Assembly (NCBI GenBank): GCA_040755855.1
Contig: JBFMAD010000002.1
Span: 192,001 to 256,000, forward strand
Direction of reading: 5' to 3'
DNA from: Planctomycetota bacterium
Lineage (GTDB): Bacteria; Planctomycetota; Brocadiia; JAADGH01
DNA: 64,000 bases
Below are positions 1 through 7,751 of the stretch, in pieces (within the stretch, counting starts at the first letter, position 1; each line of letters starts with the position of its first letter). Position numbers and translations under genes: made by a program. The notes under the pieces are model-generated. The model was given only the letters and a program-made list of their open reading frames with translations, made no database searches and was not told where the DNA came from.

Positions 1-540
1 GATGTGCCGAGGCCGGAGGTCGGCAATTTTTACGTGGTCGGGACCAAGGGCGGCGCTGAGGTGTTCGGCGATGGCGGGATTATAGCCGACAAGACCGACT
101 GTGGTTTTTCCGTGCGCCCTCAACAGGCTGTCGGCCATCTCCCGCCCGCACTTGTCCGGGTTGTCCTCCACACAATGCACCACTGCGCCAACCAGCTTGA
201 AGTGCGCGCAGGCGGCATTCAGCGTGGCCAGAAGGATAGACCGCTGGTAGTTCGTGTCCAGCGGCAGGGACAGGACGCTCCGCAGCGACCCACGGAAGTG
301 GGCTCGCGAGTCGGTGAATGCCTGGCCTCGGCTGCCCATAATATGGGCCTCGATGAGGTTCTCCTCCCCTGTAACGAGGGGCAGATCGGGGCGCGCAGTG
401 TCGCCGATGGCCTGATTCCGGTCAAGGGGCTTCACCTCCAGCAGGACGTCCTCGCGCTCGAGATCATGCTCGGAGACGAGTTCCTTTAGCTTTTGGCGCG
501 CCTGCTCAATCAGGCGCACGCCCTGAGTTGCCGTTGTCAT
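1..540 (-). CDS. DUF364/Rossmann-like domain protein, partial (runs off window start)
   Basis: Not in the ORF track. Manual translation MTTATQGVRLIEQARQKLKEL...GQAFTD...ILLATLNAAC...HCVEDNPDKC...TVGLVGYNP is open to position 1. Alternative in-frame ATG at 549. Confidence 0.65.
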   Translation of the reverse strand, partial: MTTATQGVRLIEQARQKLKELVSEHDLEREDVLLEVKPLDRNQAIGDTARPDLPLVTGEENLIEAHIMGSRGQAFTDSRAHFRGSLRSVLSLPLDTNYQRSILLATLNAACAHFKLVGAVVHCVEDNPDKCGREMADSLLRAHGKTTVGLVGYNPAIAEHLSAALGPDHVKIADLRPRHI

Positions 541-685
541 TGTTGTCATCCTTTTTCTGCCGATCCTCGACAGCGCAACTCTCTGATAATCAAGTACTTA
601 CACCAAAGCGAGGTAAAACAAACCGCATGAGAATAAACCAGATGGCGAGAACAGCCACAACTGTAACGAGCGAAGAGAGTCCCAT
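506..685 (-). CDS. Small single-TM protein, candidate selenoprotein (31 aa if UGA 590-592 is a stop; 59 aa with readthrough)
   Basis: MGLSSLVTVVAVLAIWFILMRFVLPRFGVST-(TGA)-LSESCAVEDRQKK..., upstream AAGGGA and consensus promoter, hairpin 3' of the UGA. Confidence 0.55.
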
Positions 686-732
686 CGGGCGGATCCCTTG
701 CGATAGGGCGGTTCCTCCCCCCATATAGGGAC

Positions 733-761
733 ATTATAGCATACGTTTTCTTAAACGTCAA
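733..761 (-). promoter_or_regulatory. sigma70-type promoter
   Basis: TTGACG-17 nt-TATAAT on the minus strand, with an extended -10 TG. Confidence 0.75.
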
Positions 762-904
762 AAAAATCCGCCTAATTTTATTTGCGCCTTTGATATTGAC
801 GGATGGTTGCTTCTCCGTTATTGTATTGGCTGAAAGCCTGCATGTTTGGCCGCAGGCCCGCGCAACGATCTTCCGGCGCGCCATGCGTCGTACGGAGAGA
901 GCAA

Positions 905-1294
905 ATGCCCATCAACGTCAAATGCCCGTATTGTGAAAAAACAATTTCAGCGCGCGACGAACTGGCGGGAAAGAGGGTGGATTGCCCGAGTTGCATGACG
1001 ATGCTGGACATCCCCGACGGACCGCGCCTGCCCGATTCGATGATCCCCATTGACGCCCTCTCGGCGGGGGGGCCGCCCCCAAGCTACTACATTGACGCCT
1101 GCCCCCACTGCGGGAAGGTCGTCTCCGCACCCGACCCGATCCGATGGGCCAGCGGCAACTGCCCCAACTGCAAGAACCCCCTCGGCCAGCAGCCGAAGCC
1201 GCAGGAGAAAAAGTCAAAGCAGCCGGCGACCGCGAACATCAAGGGAAAGGATCGCGCCCTTCCGCCGGTCGGCTTCGTCGGCGGAGTCTTCTGA
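905..1294 (+). CDS. Double zinc-ribbon protein
   Basis: MPINVKCPYC...CPSC...CPHC...CPNC; GGAGAG upstream of ATG 905. Confidence 0.75.
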   Translation: MPINVKCPYCEKTISARDELAGKRVDCPSCMTMLDIPDGPRLPDSMIPIDALSAGGPPPSYYIDACPHCGKVVSAPDPIRWASGNCPNCKNPLGQQPKPQEKKSKQPATANIKGKDRALPPVGFVGGVF

Positions 1295-1388
1295 TTTTGG
1301 ATTGCTGATTTTGGATTTTGGCTTGCGGCAGCCCCGCTTCGGCCAATCCAAAATCACAAATCCAAAATCCAAAATCCAAAATCCAAAA
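1293..1388. repeat. Inverted heptamer tandem arrays (GATTTTG)n / (CAAAATC)n
   Basis: Read directly; forms a long hairpin between two convergent genes. Confidence 0.9.
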
Positions 1389-2411
1389 TTACCTGACCTT
1401 CACCGTCTTCCCCGTCTTTACCGATTCCATCATCGCCAGGATCACCTTCGTCGCCGCCAGACCGTCCTCGCCGGTGACGTGCGGCTTTCGGTTCAGGCGG
1501 ACGCACTCGATGAAGTGCCGGATGCTCTCCACGGCGAACCCCTGCGTCTTGCCCTGAATCTCCGGCCGGCCAAAGACGTCGGGGAGGGTCACTTCCTTGT
1601 CGGTGAACTTCTGCACCGCCCGGTGGCTCACCACGTCGGACAGGATCGTGCCCTTGTCGCCGATCAGCTCCATCTGGAACGCGCAGACGCTGGGCATCCG
1701 CTCCGACATGATCCACCCGTTCTCGATGGCCACCACCGCGCCCTTCTTCATCTCCAGCGTGCTCATGAAAAAGTCGGGGGTGTTCTTGCCCAGCTTCTTG
1801 AGGACGCGCGAGCGGGCGACGGTGTAGACCCGGTCCACCTCGTCCTTGAAGATCCAGCGAACGAGGTCCACGCTGTGGCTGGCCAGGAACCAGAGCACCG
1901 ACGACCTGCCCGCCCACGCCAGCCAGTCGCGGGGGACCACGATCGTGTCGTTCAGCCGGAGCGACATGAACTGGAGCGTCCCCATCTCGCCGGACGCGAC
2001 GGCCTCCTTCACCCGGTGCATGCACGGGTTCCAGTGGTTGTGGAAGTCGCACATGAGCTTGACCTTGTTCCGCTTTGCTGCGGCGATGATCTTCTTGCAG
2101 TCGGCGACGGTCGTCGCCAGCGGCTTTTCAACCAGGATGTGCTTCCCGTTGTTCGCGGCGGCGACGGCGATGTCCGTGTGGGCAAAGTCGGGGGTGACGA
2201 TGGAGACGATATCAATCTCCGGGTCCGTCACTAACTCGCGGTAATCGCTGCACCACGACTTCGCGCCGTATTGCTTTGCCATCTTCCGCGCGCGGGCCTT
2301 GTTCAGGTCGCAGACCTTCACCAGGTCCACGTGCGGATGCTCGGCATAGGCCTTCAAGTGCGTCTCGCCCCAGATACCCAGCCCGACGATCCCAGCTCCA
2401 GTATTCGCCAT
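1389..2411 (-). CDS. Gfo/Idh/MocA family oxidoreductase
   Basis: GIVGLGIWG Rossmann motif, TPDFAH, VEKP. Confidence 0.92.
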   Translation of the reverse strand: MANTGAGIVGLGIWGETHLKAYAEHPHVDLVKVCDLNKARARKMAKQYGAKSWCSDYRELVTDPEIDIVSIVTPDFAHTDIAVAAANNGKHILVEKPLATTVADCKKIIAAAKRNKVKLMCDFHNHWNPCMHRVKEAVASGEMGTLQFMSLRLNDTIVVPRDWLAWAGRSSVLWFLASHSVDLVRWIFKDEVDRVYTVARSRVLKKLGKNTPDFFMSTLEMKKGAVVAIENGWIMSERMPSVCAFQMELIGDKGTILSDVVSHRAVQKFTDKEVTLPDVFGRPEIQGKTQGFAVESIRHFIECVRLNRKPHVTGEDGLAATKVILAMMESVKTGKTVKVR

Positions 2412-2430
2412 AGCCTCCCTCCTCCTCTCC

Positions 2431-2574
2431 TACTCTTACTCCTACTCCTACTCCTACTCTTAATCCTAATCCTAATCTTAATCCTAATCTCTCTCTCCAC
2501 TCTTTCTCTCCCCCGATCGAGATTAAGATTAGGATTAGGATTAGGATTACGATTAGGATTACGATTAGGATGAA
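2431..2574. repeat. Inverted hexamer tandem arrays (TACTCC/TAATCC)n ... (GATTAG)n
   Basis: About 10 units at 2431-2490 and about 8 complementary units at 2521-2574. Confidence 0.9.
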
Positions 2575-2778
2575 AACGGCATCATTCCTCGCCGCCACTC
2601 CCCCCTTCCCCTCCGCCGGATTCTACCAGAGCCAGTCATGTCGCGCAAGGCCGAAAGCGACCGCCGCGGTTGTGGAGTGCGCAAGCCCTGCCGGAAATCG
2701 CTTGACATCTTTTTGGATATCCCACAAGATGATCTCACGAGACGAATGGGAGAGAAAACTACTGAAGGCTCTGCGAGC

Positions 2779-4401
2779 ATGACGCCCCAAGATGCCTCAA
2801 ATGCGGTCAATGTGCTCAACTGGGGCTTGAGACTGGCTCTCGTTCCGGCTGTGGTAGGCTTGGCATTCTTTGGCTGGGCTGTCTTCAAGGCTCGCAACGC
2901 GGCAGAGAAGTCCTACGATACTCCCGGCAGCGCCTGGAACAACATGGGCGCCGCCTACCACGAGAAGAAGGACTACGACAAGGCCATCGAGTGCTACCAG
3001 AAGGCCCTTGCGGAGGAGTCCTACGACACTCCCGGCTACGCCTGGTTCAACATGGGCCTCGCCTACCACGATAAGAAGGACTACGCCAAGGCTATCGAGT
3101 GCTACGAGAAGACCCTCGCGGAGAAGTCCTACGACACTCCTGGCAAGGCCTGGGTCAACATGGGCCTCGCCTACTACTATGACAAGGACTACGATAAGGC
3201 CATCGAGTGCTGCGAGAAGGCCCTTGCGGAGAAGTCCTACGACACTCCCGGCTACGCCTGGGTCAACATGGGCCTCGCCTACGCCAGTAAGAAGGACTAC
3301 GCCAAGGCCATCGAGTGCTACCAGAAGGCCCTCGCGGAGAAGAGCTTCGACACTCCCGGCAGCGCCTGGGCCAACATGGGCAACGCCTACGATGAGGAGA
3401 AGGACTACGACAAGGCCATCGAGTGCTACGAGAAGGCCCTCGCGGAGAAGTCCTACGACACTCCCGGCAAGGCCTGGTTCAAGATAGGCAACGCCTACCA
3501 CGAGAAGAAGAACCACGACAAGGCCATCGAGTGCTATCAGAAGACCCTTGCAGACAAAAACTTCGACGCACCCGGCGATGCCTGGAGCAACATGGGCCTG
3601 GACTACGCCGGGAAGAAGGACTACGACAGGGCCATCGAGTGCCACGAGAAGGCCCTTGCGGAGGAGTCCTACGACACTCCCGGCTACGCCTGGGACAACA
3701 TGGGCAACGCCTACGCCGGGAAGAAGGACTACGACAAGGCCATCGAGTGCTACGAGAAGGCCCTGGCGGAGAAGAGCTTCGACACTGCCGGCTACGCCTG
3801 GGTCAACATGGGCAACGCCTACGCCAGTAAGAAGGACTATGACAAGGCCATCCAGTGCTACGGGAAGGCCCTCGCGGAGGAGTCCTACGACACTCCCGGC
3901 TACGCCTGGGTCAACATGGGCGTTGCCTACGGCAAGAAGAGGAACTACGACCAGGCCATCGAGTGCTACGGAAAGGCCCTCGCGGAGAAGTCCTACGACA
4001 CTCCCGGCAAGGCCTGGTTCAACATGGGCCTCGCCTACCACTATAAGAAGGACTACGACAAGGCCATCGAGTGCTACGAAAAGGTCCTGGCGGACAAGAA
4101 CTACGAAACCCCCGCTGGTGCGTGGCACAACATGGGCCTCGCCTACGCCGGGAAGAAGGACTACGACAAGGCGATCGAGTGCTATGACAAGGCCCTCGCG
4201 GAGAAGAGCTTAGTCACACCCGGCATGGCCTGGTACAACAAGGCCTGCGCGTATGCACTGTGGGGCAAGAAGACGGAGATGCTTGATTCGTTGAAGAAGG
4301 CCATTGAGCTCGACCCGAAGTACAGGAAGAAGGCCTGCGAGGACGAGGAATTCAAGGCGTTCCGGGACGATGAGGATTTCAAGAAGCTGACGCAGGAGTA
4401 G
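2779..4401 (+). CDS. Membrane-anchored tetratricopeptide repeat protein
   Basis: N-terminal TM helix, 12 x 36-aa TPR units, C-terminal cap (AWYNKACAYA...LKKAIELDP); start uncertain (2746 or 2779). Confidence 0.9.
   Translation: MTPQDASNAVNVLNWGLRLALVPAVVGLAFFGWAVFKARNAAEKSYDTPGSAWNNMGAAYHEKKDYDKAIECYQKALAEESYDTPGYAWFNMGLAYHDKKDYAKAIECYEKTLAEKSYDTPGKAWVNMGLAYYYDKDYDKAIECCEKALAEKSYDTPGYAWVNMGLAYASKKDYAKAIECYQKALAEKSFDTPGSAWANMGNAYDEEKDYDKAIECYEKALAEKSYDTPGKAWFKIGNAYHEKKNHDKAIECYQKTLADKNFDAPGDAWSNMGLDYAGKKDYDRAIECHEKALAEESYDTPGYAWDNMGNAYAGKKDYDKAIECYEKALAEKSFDTAGYAWVNMGNAYASKKDYDKAIQCYGKALAEESYDTPGYAWVNMGVAYGKKRNYDQAIECYGKALAEKSYDTPGKAWFNMGLAYHYKKDYDKAIECYEKVLADKNYETPAGAWHNMGLAYAGKKDYDKAIECYDKALAEKSLVTPGMAWYNKACAYALWGKKTEMLDSLKKAIELDPKYRKKACEDEEFKAFRDDEDFKKLTQE
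2902..4197 (+). repeat. 12 x 108-bp intragenic tandem repeat
   Basis: Unit AEKSYDTPGxAWxNMGxAYxxKKDYDKAIECYxKAL, period exactly 108 nt. Confidence 0.95.
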
Positions 4402-4819
4402 GCGTCAGGCGGCGCCTGACGGATCGTGCGTCCCCAGGCAGAGCCGGGGGACGAGGTAAGGTAGAAGAGGCGTCCCGCCTCTTTCGATTGCGGAATGCGG
4501 AGTGTGGAATTCGGAATAAGAAAGCAGACGCTGATTAACGCAGATAAACACAGCAAGAAATTCTTCTGTGAAAATCAGCGTGAATCTGCGTCAACTCTCG
4601 ATCCCAAATCCGAAATCCGCAATCCCCAATCCGCAATCCGAAGCGGCACGATGCAGCTTCTACGTTGCGCCCGCGCCGCGCTCAAAGTCGTTCGACTCTT
4701 CCCTTCATCATTCGACATTCCTTGTTCAACATTCATCATTTCCCTCTTCGCGCCCTTCGTGTCTTTCGTGGTGGAGCCATTTCTTCCATCCTCCGCGTTC
4801 TCCGTGTCCTCTGTGGTGA
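4398..4819. repeat. Mosaic of REP-like palindromes and 7/9/10-mer tandem repeats
   Basis: GTAG-led palindromes at 4398, 4461 and 4641-4663; heptamer, decamer and nonamer arrays (see findings). Confidence 0.85.
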
Positions 4820-4840
4820 GGGGATGAGGGGACTCCTGTC

Positions 4841-4869
4841 TTGACATCCCACCCCCGTTGCGATATTCT
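4841..4869 (+). promoter_or_regulatory. sigma70-type promoter
   Basis: TTGACA-17 nt-TATTCT. Confidence 0.65.
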
Positions 4870-4915
4870 ATCCGTCCGTTGTCGTGTCAACCGGACTCTC
4901 GCCAAGGCTGCATGG

Positions 4916-5716
4916 ATGAAGATAGGCTGTCTGCCCATCTGTTTCTTCGACGCGATCAAGACGAAGAAGCTCACCCTCTCCGCCTGGCATCAAATGGCCG
5001 CCGACCTCGGCCTCGACGGCGTCGAGGTCTATGAGCCATTCCTCGAAAGTTACGAGAAGAGCCACCTCCTGCGCATCCGCAAGGAACTGCGCGGCCTCGA
5101 CCTCGACATCTCCATGCTCACCACCTACGGCAACATCGCCAATACCGACGTGAACGAGTGGCAGGTGGCCGTGGACGCCATCAGGCGCAGCATCGAGGTC
5201 GCCGCGATCATCGGGACGTCCAACGTCCGCATCGCCCCCGGCAAGTGGCGCATCGGCTCGACGCGCGACATGCAGATCAACTACGTCGTTCGCGCCCTGC
5301 GCGAGCTGATCCCCTTCGCCGCAAAGTACGGCGTGACCCTCGCCATCGAGAACCATCCGGAGGTCGGGGTCAAGATTGACGACTTCCTCGACATCCTCCG
5401 CCGCGTCAACCAGGCCGAGCTGAAGGTGAACCTCGATACCTCCAACTCGCTGCTGGCGGGCGACGATCCGGTCCGCCTGGCCCGCGAGGTCAAGCGCCAC
5501 GTCGTCCACGTCCACGCCAGCGACCGCCTGAGAAATGGGACCCATTGCGCCGTGGGGGAGGGGATCGTCCCGTTCCCGGAAATTTTCCGGACCCTGAAGC
5601 AGGCCGGGTACGATGAATGGATCTCCATGGAGGTCGGCGGGACGAAGGGCGAGGAGGACATCCGCCGGAGCCGCGACTACGTCCGAGAAACCTGGGAGGC
5701 CGCGCCGGTCCAATGA
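4916..5716 (+). CDS. Sugar phosphate isomerase/epimerase (AP endonuclease family 2 TIM barrel)
   Basis: GLDGVE, LAIENH, LDTSN, HVHASD, ISME motifs. Confidence 0.88.
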   Translation: MKIGCLPICFFDAIKTKKLTLSAWHQMAADLGLDGVEVYEPFLESYEKSHLLRIRKELRGLDLDISMLTTYGNIANTDVNEWQVAVDAIRRSIEVAAIIGTSNVRIAPGKWRIGSTRDMQINYVVRALRELIPFAAKYGVTLAIENHPEVGVKIDDFLDILRRVNQAELKVNLDTSNSLLAGDDPVRLAREVKRHVVHVHASDRLRNGTHCAVGEGIVPFPEIFRTLKQAGYDEWISMEVGGTKGEEDIRRSRDYVRETWEAAPVQ

Positions 5717-6465
5717 GCGAGATCGAATTCTTTGACTGCCGGGCCATGATCGGCCGGCGGACGGCGATTGACGAGAAGGAGCCTTACAAGACCGAGGACC
5801 TCCTGGCGGACATGGAGTACTTCCGGATCAAGGACTGCCTCGTCCACCACGCAAACTCGAAGGAGTACGATCCGAACGCCGGCAACGACTGCCTCCTCCG
5901 CGAGATCAAGGGGCGGCCGTCGCTCCACGGCAGCTTCGCCCTCCTCCCCGCCGCAACGCGGGAGCAGGGAACGGCAGAGGAGGCCGTGGCGGCGATGCTC
6001 AAGAGCGGGTGCCGCGCGGCGTGGATGTGGCCGAGCACCCAGGTTTTTCCCATGAACGAAATGACCTGCGGCTCGATCCTGGCTGAGCTGGAGAAGCGCC
6101 GCATCCCGCTCTTCCTCGACACGACCGAGGTCTCCCTGGGCGGCGCGGCGGCGATCTGCGGGGCCCATCCCGAACTGCCTGTGATCTCGACGAACGTCGG
6201 CTATCGCTCCCTGCGCGAGCTGTACGCCATCTGGGAGAAGCACAAGAACCACCACGTGGATACCTCGATGCAGACCACCCACTGCGGCCTGGAGGACGCC
6301 TGCCCGCGCTTCGGGGCCGAGCGGTTCCTATTCGGGAGCAACTGGCCCCACTTCACCCCTGGCTCGGCGATTGCGCACATCACGTACGCCCGCATCTCGG
6401 ACAAGGACAAGGCCAAGATCGCCGGCGGCAATCTGCGGCGGATGCTCGCGGAGGTGCGACCATGA
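5713..6465 (+). CDS. Amidohydrolase family protein (metal motif degenerate)
   Basis: RFLFGSNWP and KIAGGNLRRML; N-terminal DCRAMIG replaces DxHxH; ATGA overlap. Confidence 0.8.
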   Translation: MSEIEFFDCRAMIGRRTAIDEKEPYKTEDLLADMEYFRIKDCLVHHANSKEYDPNAGNDCLLREIKGRPSLHGSFALLPAATREQGTAEEAVAAMLKSGCRAAWMWPSTQVFPMNEMTCGSILAELEKRRIPLFLDTTEVSLGGAAAICGAHPELPVISTNVGYRSLRELYAIWEKHKNHHVDTSMQTTHCGLEDACPRFGAERFLFGSNWPHFTPGSAIAHITYARISDKDKAKIAGGNLRRMLAEVRP

Positions 6466-7244
6466 CGATGAACCTGATGGACCATGCCCTCCTCGGCAAG
6501 CGGCTCGAAGGCGAGATCATCATTGACTGCCACGCGCACCTCGGTCCGTGGCACAACTTCTTCATCCCGCAGAACGACGCCGACGGGATGATCCGCGTGA
6601 TGGACCGCATCGGGGTCAATGTGGTCTGCCCCTGCTCCCATGCCTGCATCGGGCCGGACTTCGTCCTCGGCAACGACCTTGCCGCCGAAGCGATGCAGAA
6701 ATACCCCGGCCGCTTCGCGCCGTACATCGGGGTGAACCCAAACTACCCGGACGGCGTGGCCGTCGAGATCGAGCGCTGCCGGAAAATGGGCATGAAGAAT
6801 GTCAAGATACACAGCATGCACAAGGTCCCGTACGACGACGGGCGATACAAGCCGGCCTTCGAGATTGCAAACGATCTCGGCTGGGCGGTCCTGGCCCACA
6901 CCTACGGGAATGACGCGAGGGTCTTCGCCAAACTGGGGCCAAGATACCCGAATGCGAAATTTCTCCTGGGGCACTCGGGGGTTGTAAACTTCCAGGCCTA
7001 CATCGAGACCGCCAGGGCGAGCGAGAATGTGTTCCTCGATCTCGCCACGTCGCAGGTGGGCTACAACTGGGTCGAGGCATTCGTGCAGCGCGTGGGGTCC
7101 GACCGGGTCTTGTTTGGGTCGGACATCCCGTTCATCGCCCTTGCCCCGCAGATCGGCCAGGTGCTCTGCGCGCGGATCAGCGACGATGAGAAGCGGGAGA
7201 TCCTGGGCCTCAACGCGAGGCGCATCCTGGAATTGGCGATATAG
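6462..7244 (+). CDS. Amidohydrolase family protein
   Basis: IIDCHAHLG, VKIH, LGHSG, RVLFGSDIP, ILGLNA. Confidence 0.9.
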   Translation: MTMNLMDHALLGKRLEGEIIIDCHAHLGPWHNFFIPQNDADGMIRVMDRIGVNVVCPCSHACIGPDFVLGNDLAAEAMQKYPGRFAPYIGVNPNYPDGVAVEIERCRKMGMKNVKIHSMHKVPYDDGRYKPAFEIANDLGWAVLAHTYGNDARVFAKLGPRYPNAKFLLGHSGVVNFQAYIETARASENVFLDLATSQVGYNWVEAFVQRVGSDRVLFGSDIPFIALAPQIGQVLCARISDDEKREILGLNARRILELAI

Positions 7245-7323
7245 GACCTATAAGACCTATAGGACTGATCTCTGGTCCGTCCCCATTTTCCGAACGCTAA
7301 TTCAATAAAAATCCCTTTCTTAC

Positions 7324-7352
7324 TTGACACCGCCTGCACGGAGGCTTATAAT
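7324..7352 (+). promoter_or_regulatory. Perfect-consensus sigma70 promoter
   Basis: TTGACA (7324-7329), 17 nt, TATAAT (7347-7352). Confidence 0.85.
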
Positions 7353-7398
7353 GGGCCTCGTTGAGTGAAATCCTGAGAGGTCTTTGTCAGGACAAGCA

Positions 7399-7503
7399 AT
7401 GATGTTGTTTGCAGCACACAACTCTGGAACACGGATAACGAGCCATTGCGCCATGGGCCGCTCCTGTGGTTGGCTTTGCTCGTGGGGAGGTGACGGTTCT
7501 TAG
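7399..7503 (+). CDS. Putative attenuator leader peptide (34 aa)
   Basis: MMLFAAHNSGTRITSHCAMGRSCGWLCSWGGDGS*; AGGA 6 nt upstream; stop codon lies inside the antiterminator strand. Confidence 0.65.
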   Translation: MMLFAAHNSGTRITSHCAMGRSCGWLCSWGGDGS

Positions 7504-7530
7504 GGTTTTGTTGCAAACACGATTGAGATC

Positions 7531-7564
7531 AAAGCCCTGAGGACCGAAACCTTGGGGCTTTTTT
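7531..7564 (+). terminator. Intrinsic terminator of the attenuator upstream of rtcB
   Basis: AAAGCCCTGAGG-ACCGAAA-CCTTGGGGC-TTTTTT. Confidence 0.85.
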
Positions 7565-7606
7565 ATTGGGGATTTTTTTGGACGCGAGAAAAGAGGATAA
7601 AGTACA

Positions 7607-7747
7607 ATGAAGTGCGAGGAATGTGGACGGAGAACGGACCGGATTACCCGCAAGCAAGGCGAGGCGAATTTCATCTGCGCCGCCTGCCGCGCCAAACGGG
7701 AGGCGCGGGGCCGGGCGCAGCGCCTGTGCGCGCCAGTGCGAGGATAG
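7607..7747 (+). CDS. Small basic zinc-finger protein (46 aa)
   Basis: MKCEECGRRTDRITRKQGEANFICAACRAKREARGRAQRLCAPVRG*; AGAGGA upstream; below the ORF-track cutoff. Confidence 0.65.
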   Translation: MKCEECGRRTDRITRKQGEANFICAACRAKREARGRAQRLCAPVRG

Positions 7748-7751
7748 ACCC

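Noticed and set aside
2212..2598. Low-complexity ORFs (ILILIL, LGLGLR, LLLL) and similar ORFs at 1318-1557 and 4495-4974
   Set aside because: These are translations of DNA tandem repeats, not plausible proteins.
2902..4197. Diversity-generating retroelement target (many variable codons are NNC, as if derived from AAC)
   Set aside because: No reverse transcriptase or template repeat in the window, most adenines in the unit are invariant, and C-ending codons are expected at this GC content.
2902..4197. CRISPR array
   Set aside because: Repeats are contiguous in-frame coding units with no unique spacers, and there are no cas genes.
7623..7751. 43-aa N-terminal extension of RtcB given in the ORF track
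   Set aside because: ATG 7752 has an upstream GAGGA, and the region is better explained by the Zn-finger ORF in another frame.
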